Assembly: GCA_051941275.1 (NCBI GenBank)
Contig: JAVEBF010000067.1
Span: 1-35,729, forward strand
Length of the DNA stretch: 35,729 nt
Direction: 5' to 3'
Origin: Dirinaria sp. TL-2023a
Lineage: Eukaryota
Shown here: positions 11,406 through 21,260 of the stretch, one piece after another
How the letters are laid out: each line of letters starts with the position of its first letter
Numbering within the stretch: position 1 is the first letter of the stretch
The notes under the pieces: model-generated
What the model was told of the DNA's origin: nothing
What the model saw: only the letters and a program-made list of their open reading frames with translations
The model's database searches: none
Position numbers and translations under genes: made by a program

Positions 11406-12544
11406 ATGTCGGACGTTGACTCTTTTCTCCACTTGGCGAGGCCCCTTGGGCCAGCAGTGGGAGGCCAAGCAACTACAAACCCGCTCAATGTGATAATACA
11501 GCCTCAGGTATCACCATTTGCCCTCTCTGAGGCTACCGCATGCTCATACTCGTGCCTAGGCCATATTCTCTATCCTCGACCATTCTCTACGCCGTAACGT
11601 CGACCAAGAGCGCGTAATCGGCACCCTTCTAGGCGTTCGCAGCGAAGATGGCCAAGAAGTCGAGATCCGAAACTGCTTCGCTGTGGGGCACACCGAAACC
11701 CAGGAACAGGTTGAAGTCGACATGGACTATCAAAAGCAAATGCTTGCGCTACACTTAAAAGCCAACCCCAGAGAAGTGCTGGTGGGGTGGTATGCAACGA
11801 GCTCGGAACTGAACACTTTCTCGGCGCTTATTCAAAATTTTTATGGAGGTCAGGGAGATGGGACATGGCCCTTCCCTGCCGTTCATTTGACCGTCAGCAC
11901 GGAAGCCGGCAAGGAGATCGAGGCAAGGACATATATCAGCGCCCCCGTTGGTGTCACAATGGACAGGGCGGCGGATAGCGCGGCGTTCATTCCGGTGCCT
12001 CATGAGATACGGTATGGCGACGCAGAGAAATCCGGCTTGGAGTTGATATCTGGTGCAAAGCATCTGCCGGACCGGACCGCGAACGTCCTTACAGATATTG
12101 AGACGCTGGAAAGGGCTATTGAAGTGGTGCTGGGGATGTTGGACAGGGTATCGAAGTACGTTGAGGCGGTGATAGAGGAGGAGGCGCCACCATCGAGCGC
12201 ACTAGGACAATTCCTAATGAATGCACTCGCACTGGCGCCGAAAGTAGATCCGGCAGACATCGAACGAGACTTGTATGTTGAAATAGAGATGCTCAATTTG
12301 TTTCGGATTATGCTAATCACTACACAGCAACAACCATATTCAAGATGTACTTGTCGTTTCTTATCTTACGAACATGGTCCGAACTCAGATAGATCTTTCA
12401 AACAGATTAGCAACGGCAGCTTTGACGATGGGCGGTGGCGACGCTTTTAGTGGCGGACAATCTAATGGTACTGCTCCGGATGGGAATCTAAGGGGGGGAG
12501 GAGGTCAACGAGGCGGGAAAGGTCGAGGCCAATCAACTATGTGA
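11406..12544 (+). CDS. eIF3f: Eukaryotic translation initiation factor 3 subunit F (MPN domain)
   Basis: [16 protein letters not shown]...[16 protein letters not shown]...[41 protein letters not shown]. Introns 11508-11559 and 12273-12327; Gly/Arg-rich tail; stop TGA 12542-12544. Confidence 0.95.
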
Positions 12545-13116
12545 GCTTAGTTTTGATGCTACTTAGGATATCGTCCTTCGCAGCTGGCATGTTTGAGGAG
12601 GAAAGCGCGGCGTTCCGGCCTGATCTATGACGAAACAGCGAGAGCATTTGCGTGGGTGAGGTTAAAACATCACCTCCTAGTCCGTACTGGGAGCGGCTGC
12701 AGCACCATATGCAAGTACGGCTAATGGCTAGCATCGACGGCTCTTATTGAATCGCTAGCACCCTACATTGGGATTGCCAGGTGGAAAACACGTCAACTCT
12801 ACGCAAGAATTCTGCCAATCCTCAAGTTGGAAAGAGGAACGCTATCGCAATTGCTTGCGTTGAGGTCGATTGACTGAGCACATGTACGTAAATTGTCAGT
12901 TATAGACCCAAAGGCCACCATGCCATATATCGTCGACGAAATAGGCAAGAAACAAGGTTGAAAAAGGTTTGATAGAGGGAAGGTGACGAAGTAAGCTTTA
13001 AAAGACAACAGCGAGACCGGTCCCCCAATATATCCGCTTCGGAGAAGCAGCGCCTTCTTAATGGCCAAGGCTTTCAATCGATTCCCACGACCACTGAAAT
13101 GGATTCCACCAGCCAT

Positions 13117-16100
13117 TCAGCTAGCACCGCCCAGACCAGCAGAATAAGCCAGGTACCAGGTTTGCGTAGCTCCGTCATCAAGATATTGAGGATCGAAGTC
13201 TGGCCCATTGAACCAGTCATAAGCCGTTTTGGGATCAATGATTGCCAAATCACTGTACAGTATACCCCTCCAGCCGCCAGCCACTTGATCAACACTCCCG
13301 TTGCTGAAATAAGTGTCCCATTCCTCAGTGACGAAAGTTGGGTTACGGGTGTACGCAGACGAAGGGTTGATGGGTATCATATGGATACCCTCGATATACT
13401 CTGGATTCGACCCAAAGTACGTGGTGTGATCTACTTTGTTCTCAAACAGTATGCCCGTAACTTTGTTGGCAATGAAGTTTGCAGGCTGGTTCGTGTTGGT
13501 CGATTCGAGAAGAAAGTAGTTTTGAAACGAGCGTTTCTGGACCGCCAGCATGAGATTTCCTCGAGCCTCCATCGCAGCATCACCTATGGTTTTACCCCAC
13601 ATTTTCATGGCGTAGGAAAAGAGAGCGTCCTCGGATGTCGACTCTTGATCCTTACCATCCCCACTGTCGAAGAGACCCTTCGCCCACGAATGGCCATGGT
13701 ACCAATCGAAAGAACGCGACAATGGAAAGTACTTATCATCTGTTGATGGGTTTGCCGCATCCCTAACAAGCGTGTTCACCCAATCTTGGTTGGCTGGCAG
13801 CCATGTAGGATCCAAGTAGCCAATGATACTCGCTGCGTACACAAAGTAGCTCCAATGGAAATCTAGGATCGTGCGTAAGTCCTTCATTTGGCAAGCGCCC
13901 GATCTAACTTACGATGATCATTATAGTAAGTATTGCCAAAATCATCGCCGGAATTGCCCGTCACATATGAAGCGCTAGAGACGACACCGCCCCATTGTGA
14001 TTCATACACCAGTGGATACTGTTGAGTGTTGTTCACAAAGCGGGCATATGCATCCTTCAGCTTCGCAAGCCCAGCGTCCGATAGGCCCGAATTGCCAGCC
14101 AGGTCGTGTACAGCGTAGATTGCAGTAGCAAATTTGCTCAGTGCTTTGCCGCTGTAATCTATATTACTACTGAGTTAGTAGTCTCTTTGGATATGAACGT
14201 ACAATGATGAAACATATTTCTGAGCGACTACTATCGAGTCATGCATAATTCAACTTTATGATTGCGGCTCAGGAAGGATTGGAAAAATGAGAGAGGACTC
14301 ACACATAGAATTGAGATTGCTCTGAGAATCCATATCCTGACTGAGCTCACTGGTGCCGGCATTTTCGACTGCTTCCTGAGCATCAGCCGGAATTGCTACA
14401 TTAGATCCGCTGCTGGGACTCCACGGCGCGAAGCCCACCGTGACTGGCATATCTGGTTCATTCATAGTCCACGAATCAGCAATTATGGCTGTTGCAATCC
14501 CCTTGGTAGTGCTACGAAGTTGAATAGTTGTCTTGGCCGCGCTGGTGGCTCCGTCCATTGACTGGATGTGATGAGGCAGAGCAAACATTATCAGTGAGGC
14601 ATCAGTAATGCCACCTTTGTCCCAGGTAAAGGTGTACGATCCAGAGACGCCGTTAGCGGAGCCCGACAAGGTAGTCGTCTCTGCGTATGCCCCAGCACAA
14701 GAATCGTAGATAGCCTCTTGAGCTGCGATATCGCCAGGATTCTTTGCAACTTGAATTGTGCCGTTGAACGGCCCTGCTGCCGACAAACGAGTTGTGCTCG
14801 TCAGCGAAAGCATGAGATCTGAGCCATCTGAGGCAGTCGCGTACAAGAGCCAGGTAGTATCGTCGTTTAAGAGAATCTTGTACTTGCTGATGCCGGCTTT
14901 TGGCGAGTTGAGCGGGGTTACTGTTTGAAAATATACGCCACTATCTATATAGGGTATTACACCATTGTAGATCGCAGTAACAAAGCCCATGCCCTGAGTG
15001 AGTGGGAACTCTATAGCAACGTTGGCGGTACTTCCCACAACAAAGTTGATATTCACCGAGAATGCGCTGAGCTTATCAGTGGCCATAGACATCGAGCTGC
15101 GGGATCATAAGCACTGGTCAGAAGTAGGTCAACAAGCTATATAGGCTTACGAGTCAAGCTCGGCGGCAGAGAAAATGATTGATTCGATACCCAAAGGGTT
15201 GGCCTTATAGACGTTGTCAGTGACTTGCGCGGAGCCACGCTTACGTCATGCTTGGATAGATAGTAACGGACATAGAACTCGACCGGGTTCGAAGTCGCGT
15301 TTGGTCCATAAGCCTGCACATCGTCAGATGGGTTTCGAGAGCTTCAAACACCTCCGTACCAATTGGTTTGCTTCAATATGGGACACGCCCAGGCCCCAAG
15401 AAGCTGCATTCCCAGTGCCTTTATTCCAGACTAGCGAATACGGTTGCGTCCTGACAACGTTGAAGTCATTAAGTCATTTGATGCTGTATGCCATGCGCAG
15501 CAGTAGATATGCTTATAAAACGTACCAAACAGGGTTCGTTTGGCTGCCAAGAAACAGGTTCGCATAGAACTTGTTTGTTTCTATCGGGTCACTCTGGCTA
15601 GCCTGGCACATTTTTACCTCAGCCAGAATATGAAATAGCTTTTGAATAGGTAGCACCTACTATGCCTAGCTTCGGCACAGGATGATCAGGTCGTGAAGGG
15701 ATGACCGCCGCCGGCCCACCTGTAGAGATTGGGGTTCCAAAAAGAGCAGAAACTGAGGGCGCAGTGGTTGCTGCTACTACCTGCTCAATGGTGTCCTGAG
15801 GCTCGAAATTGATTGTGGACGTTACTGATGGGATAGAGCTAGTTGCAAAAGGCTGGGATGTCGGATGCCCACTCTCTAGAGTAGTTATAACCGTCTATAT
15901 GATGTTGGTCAGGACGTTGTAAATTTGAAGGTTCCAACAACTGAACGAAGACGCTCCAGTAACGCCTTTGCTACCAGAACGATGAATGCCAAAGATACCA
16001 CGAAGCGCAACCAAGAGCAACAAAAAAAGGATAAAGTTACCCCAGTCTCCGTGGAGGCATCGTCCAAATCGGTAGCAGCCCCTGTTTGCCGTGGAAGAAT

Positions 16101-16336
16101 ATCTTGATCATAGAAATGTCAGCCTGCCCTCTCCTGGCAATATCAATGTATTTTAAGACGTGGGCTGAGATATACCACGCGGGAGATGCCGCCGCTCTTC
16201 TTGGACTCATGAGAAGAAAAACGTCAGAAACAAAGCACGACTTACTGTTGGGTGTTGCGGCTGCATTAGAGCTTAAAAACGGCCATGCCCCTACGGACGA
16301 AGCTGTCAAGCAGGTGAACACTAAGCAACAGAGCAT
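13117..16336 (-). CDS. Secreted endo-1,3(4)-beta-glucanase, glycoside hydrolase family 81 (Eng1/Acf2-like)
   Basis: GH81 motifs DHPVPKLGI, PIETNKFYAN, GMGFVTAIY, SMYYSGKAL, YNDHHFHWSY, FDWYHGHSWAKG, GKDQESTSED, GILFENKVDHTTYFG. Signal peptide MLCCLVFTCLTASSVGA at 16336. Introns 16103-16245, 15895-16040, 15603-15660, 15451-15525, 15314-15359, 15204-15271, 15097-15150, 14159-14302, 13863-13912. The two most 5' introns are less certain. Confidence 0.92.
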
Positions 16337-17381
16337 GATCTAAGCTAATGGAGACGCTTGGGGCAGAAACAATGCAGCTTTATGCCGAGATCCAAGACTT
16401 ATATAGTGAAGATTGTACGTACGGTAGAGCAGAAGGTAGGATCATCCAGGTCACCGGCTTCAAGAGCCACATGCTGATACCCTCTGGAGTTTTAAGCAGA
16501 CCGCTACTCATCTAGGCTTCCAGTCAGATTGTCGCTGGGTGCACAGATTGAACAGTTCGATGGACGGCATGGCCTCGTGGAAGCACTATATCCTAGAGTG
16601 TCTGATCTACACTAACAGTAATAGGAAAGGATAGAGGCACGAAAAAAAGGGTATGAGAACAGAGCGCAGAAGATGATGCTGTGAAACACAGGACCAATGC
16701 CGGGAGCAGATGATCAAGACTAACAACGGAGATAATGGGAAAACGCAATGCAGAGCTGGGAACATTGCGGGGAAACTGGGGATGGGATACCAGCAAGTAA
16801 TATCACTAGCGGAGCTCAGGATGCTGTCAATAGCGGTGAGCACGCGCCATGGTCAAATCCCACTGCGGGGATGATGCTCTTTCATAGACCAACCTCCAAA
16901 GTGCCAGGGTTTTCGGAAGTATCTCAGCATTGGCCTGATGGCACTGTGTTGAGCCAACCTAGCGCTCTGGGAGTAGTCGGGCCAGCACCGGCACTGAACT
17001 GCGAATTTCGGGTTGTCATCACTATGGCTCATCGCGTCACCCCTGTCAGCATCTCTGTTCCCCTCACCGGACTATTCCGTTCAGTGCACGTCTTGCAGGC
17101 GTTTCAAGTAAGTACGACTTCGTAAGGTACGTAGATACTTCGAAGAATCCGCATGTGATCGAGTGCCGATAGCTCCAATTGATGCCGGTTGCGGATCTTC
17201 AATTTTAGGCGCTAGAGCTAACTTCAACCACGGCTAAAAATTAGCAGCATAGGACTGCTGCGAGTGACGGCATCGCATGCGCAGTAGCCGAAAGAGTCAA
17301 TGTATTTGTTGCAGGAACCGTGCAATCCACTGTGTTATATGCAGATTTCTCGGCTGAATCCGTGTTTCCCCCTTGACATCA

Positions 17382-19054
17382 ATGTCTGAAGATGGAAACC
17401 CTAGGAGGGACTCTTCCACAAGTCAAGATTCGAAATCTCCATCAGACGGTCAGAGAAAGCAGACCGTAAAGGTGTCGAACAGCCGAGGCTGTCTGGAAGT
17501 GCCTCCGCAATCTTCATTTAGGCCTTCTTTCGGGTCTCTTTCGGACTTGTCATCGAGCACCGTGGACAGTCATGGAGAGATTGAAGAGTATGCTGGTCGC
17601 CCATTGGTGCATGGAGGTGCTCGGCCTCCATCTAGGGCTCCTAGACCGGAGAGCACCTTGGGCCAACGAGCGAATGGCGCATGGGCCCGCAACAAAGGCC
17701 TGATATTGGTCATATTAGCGCAATTTTTTGGAGCTCTTATGGGTGTCACAACGAGGCTGCTGGAGACAAATGGGGCTCATGGTCGTGGCATGCATCCTTT
17801 TCAAGTAATGAACTCCAATGCAGTGCTGCGTGACCATAACTTCGCTGAGATGTCGTGCATAGATACTTTTCGCCCGGACGAGCATTACACTGCTCTTCAG
17901 TTTCATGTATCTGTACTGGGCTAGCGTGCCTCATGCGCCTTTCGGAAAACGAGAGGTCCGGGCTCTGCTGGTAGCACGTGGCTTGGGTGGGTTCGTTGGA
18001 GGTATGTAATAATGTGTTGCTCTAGAGTCTAGAATCGAGAGGGAACCATTGCTGATCCACTTTTTCAGTTTTTGGATTTTACTGTGCGTCCCCTCGGGCC
18101 TGAGCAACCGAAAACCGGCGCTCATAGAGCTTAGACTCACTGCGCTATCTACCACTCGCTGATGCGACAGTTATTACCTTCCTTGCACCTAGTGTGGCCT
18201 GTGCTGCATGCTGGATTCTGATAAAAGAGCCTTTCACTCGCTCTCAGCAGGTCGCTGGCTTGGTGTCTCTCTTCGGCATAGTTTTGATAGCACGCCCAAC
18301 CTCTCTCCTACCGGGCATTTCTTCGGAACAGCCATCTGTTGCTTCTGGCAGTGCTGATGCCGTTCCACCACCAATTAACTTGACCTCCGGAGCTCATCCT
18401 GTTCCGCAAGACAATGCCACGCCTACCCAACGTTTAGCTGCCATTGGTTTAGGCTTGATTGGTGTTTTTGGTGCGGCCTGGTAATTACTACTCCCCGTCG
18501 AAGATAATTAAAATATGACTGCTAAGACGTGTAGCGCTTATACTGCGATAAGATGGATTGGTCAGCGCGCTCACCCTCTGATTTCCGTAACCTACTTCTC
18601 TGCATGGTGCACGGTCGTCAGTGTCGTCGCCGTCCTTGCAGTACCCGGCATAGATTTTAGGTTGCCAGAGAATCTGGTGGAATGGTCCTACTTAATTTTC
18701 CTAGGTGTATCTGGGTTTCTCATGCAATTTTTACTCACTGCAGGGCTTGCGCACGAGAAGACTTCTCGGGCGACCAATATGATCTATACGCAGATCCTCT
18801 TTGCCCTCGCTTTTGACAAATTAGTGTTCGATGTCACACCCGGCAGTTGGAGCATTGTTGGAAGCAGTCTTGTTCTAGGAAGTGCTATGTATATCGCGGT
18901 ATATAAAGAGACTCCGACAGTGAATAATCAGGCTGGCGAGTCGGCGGACGAGGAACTGAATCTAATGCAACGCGAGAACACGGAGCCTGAAGAGAGGCAG
19001 TCACCTTACATGCATGGGCTGGAAGAAGTTCAGTTGAGAACCATGCGGATATGA
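17382..19054 (+). CDS. EamA/drug-metabolite transporter (DMT) family membrane protein
   Basis: Multi-TM protein with MHPFQ|ILFAR, LLVARGLGGFVG|VFGFY|YSLRYLPLADATVITFLAP, AA|CAYTAIRWIGQRAHPLISVTYF, QFLLTAGL, RATNMIYTQILFAL. Introns 17805-17862, 18002-18068, 18084-18134, 18481-18534. Confidence 0.9.
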
Positions 19055-19430
19055 TAGATGAGTATGACTGTGCATGGAAGATTTAAGATGTGGCCACTAA
19101 AATCTGGGCAAGACTCAAGAACAGACATGAATCTATAATTAGTAAAGAATCCATCAAGTGAGGACTTTCGTATGAAGTACATGTACTATAAGCACGGACT
19201 GTTTCCCGCTTCACAAAGATCGGGCGTGATATTTCCCTTGACTGACTTGTGCACTTACGGTAAGGATTTGATTTGCATTCTCCTGGTCCTGTGATTTGAT
19301 AACGTAGCTAAGCATTGAAATGGAGCTCCTGTAGATCATCAATTACTTATGGAAGGAAATTAATCAATGTGTTGCGTTGAGTAATCGCTTCAATATTACA
19401 ATATATATATCATAATTGTTAGACTCTTTC

Positions 19431-19530
19431 AAGGAATTCCGATGATGGTGCAGAGGGCTGCTCGAAATATCGCGGATAAAACCGCGCTAGTCCAGAGTGC
19501 TGGCGCTGATGTGCAGTCGGATTCCTTTTT
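19431..19530 (+). ncRNA. Candidate structured RNA polymerase III ncRNA of unassigned family
   Basis: TATA-like ATATATATAT 19401-19410; A-box-like TGGTGCAGAGG 19446-19456; terminal stem AAGGAAT(T)CCGA/TCGGATTCCTT; internal hairpins; T5 at 19526-19530; B box GTTCGAACC 19555-19563. Confidence 0.55.
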
Positions 19531-19554
19531 GTCCTTTTTGTACCAAGGCCGTCA

Positions 19555-19563
19555 GTTCGAACC
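19555..19563 (+). promoter_or_regulatory. Pol III B box (TFIIIC site)
   Basis: GTTCGAACC is a perfect match to GWTCRANNC. It is intergenic and not inside a foldable tRNA cloverleaf. Confidence 0.55.
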
Positions 19564-19590
19564 ACGCAGCAATCGCTTTCTGATTTTCTA

Positions 19591-19610
19591 TTTTTTTTTT
19601 TTTTTTTTTT
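19591..19610. repeat. Poly-T20 tract (possible strong Pol III terminator or nucleosome-excluding tract)
   Basis: 20 consecutive T, starting 28 bp after the B box. Confidence 0.85.
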
Positions 19611-19939
19611 ATCTACATTACTGAAAACCCTACGGCAGCTCTGAAACCTATTTTCTCCGGCTTAGTGGTGAGTACGGATAAAGAAAAGTTACCAAGACCT
19701 GGATCAGGTCCGCTCAAACCTGCGTACTTGCACTTTTTAGAAGGCCTCAATAGGACCGAGGGACCGAGTCGGGCATAGAATTAGGTACCTTATCTTATCC
19801 ACTCGTTCAACTCGCTTAGATTAGGGCATGGAACGCGGATCTAATTCCGCCTACTTTTATCTAAAGTGGCTACTTTTACTCTCATACATGTAACCTGACC
19901 TATTTATTTCGAAGTCCTTCATTCCATTGGCATCTCGAA

Positions 19940-20954
19940 ATGGCCTCCCTAGGCCTGGACGAGTCAGAATCGCAAGGCAATCTTCTGACAATCGCGGAGG
20001 ACCTAGTACCTTTGCGCACGGAACGGCCGGAACCAACCATATCCCTCGACTTCTCGGGCCTCCTCAACCCACCCTTAATCCTCAAGCAGGACTTGACAGA
20101 AGGATGCGGTGGAAAAACCTGGCCTGCGGGCATGGTTCTCGCCCAGTATCTTCTGCGATGCAAGACGGAGGAATTGCAGGACAAGACCATGTTTGTACGC
20201 TCCGAGGTTCATTTGATGGGCAGAAACCCTGGTCCTGCGGCGAGAGAAAGTTTTTGGCATCCCTTGTCCTGACAAAAAGAGTCGTGAATTTATAGACTTG
20301 AGTTAGGAGCTGGTAGCGGACTTGTGGGGTTTGTGAACTCTCCATTTCCTCTCCATTTCCCGTGGGTCGGTTTTTAATTGGGTCCTGATGCTTGTCTATC
20401 ATACCTAGCCTGGCTCAAGCTCTCAAGTTCAGCGCCGTCGTGCCCAAACACCCCGATTTGCACATCTCCTTGACCGACATCCCACCCATGCTACCATTGC
20501 TAAAGCAGAATCTCTCTCTCAACACCACCTCAACCCCTGTTGAGGTGTTTCCGCTATCTTGGGGCGACCTTTTACCTGCAACGCTCCGGCCACCCGACAT
20601 TATATTGGCTGCGGATTGCTGTTACTTCGAGCCCGCGTTTCCGCTGTTACTGGATACATTGGAGCAGCTTTTACGTCGTCGAGAAGGTGCAGTGTGTTTC
20701 TTTTGCTTCAAGAAGAGGAGAAAAGCCGATTTAGGGTTTGTGAAGATGGCGCGGAAGAGGTTTGATGTAAGAGAAGGAGGGAAGGATGGCCCTGAGAAAA
20801 TACACTGGGAAAGGGAGGGGATTTTCCTGTGAGTTTTGCCTTCCACTCCCTTTCTAGGGATGGGAACAAAGCTGGGTGTATAGATGGTTTATGTTTCGCT
20901 GACGGATTCTGTCTGTTCAGTTTTGAGTTCAGGACGAAGCTCGGCAGGGCGTGA
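19940..20954 (+). CDS. EFM6: Protein-lysine N-methyltransferase Efm6 (family 16 methyltransferase, eEF1A)
   Basis: GCGGKTWPAG, ILELGAGSGLVG, DIILAADCCYFEPAFPLL, FCFKKRRKAD. Introns 20191-20295, 20329-20408, 20829-20920; stop TGA 20952-20954. Confidence 0.9.
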
Positions 20955-21260
20955 CCTAGGCACACAGCTCTTCATGCTATTAATGTTATTTAGTGCTTAC
21001 TATTAAGTGTCTCTGATGGAGGCTATGTGTTGGTAGAGAAGCCACTTTGTAACGATGGAGGTTACTGTCTCTTCGGGCACCACATGATGTAACTCTGGCG
21101 GGTCTCCAGTTATCGTAGAAAGACTCAACAGTAGTCAGAATAGACCAGGATGATCAGAAGCAGGCATCTTGAAGCAACGATTAGTTCATATCAAGGATTC
21201 TAATGCCATCTTTTACAATGTAGCGTCCTTTCCCCTTTCCGTGATGTCATACGACCATAT

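Noticed and set aside
13099..13746. 215-aa plus-strand ORF and similar shadow ORFs (e.g. 5544-6101, 33761-34288)
   Set aside because: Antisense to well-supported genes; no independent evidence.
14159..16245. Three GH81 introns of 143-146 nt as possible introner-like repeats
   Set aside because: They share no visible sequence similarity, and the D2,3 stwintron reading of the 144-nt intron breaks the frame.
17100..17350. TPP riboswitch in the transporter's 5'-UTR intron
   Set aside because: The conserved CUGAGA and GAUAAU/CUUGAU aptamer elements are absent.
19439..19576. tRNA gene (including tRNA-Sec) or tRNA-derived SINE suggested by A box plus GTTCGAACC
   Set aside because: No 5-bp T stem around the B box, no 7-bp acceptor stem and no 7-nt anticodon loop. 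Two T5 runs lie between the boxes, and there is no 3' poly-A tail or target-site duplication.
21248..21259. CATACGACCATA, matching the 5' end of Pezizomycotina 5S rRNA
   Set aside because: Similarity stops after 12 nt and the next bases are the antisense of the LTN1 stop and RING domain; treated as chance.
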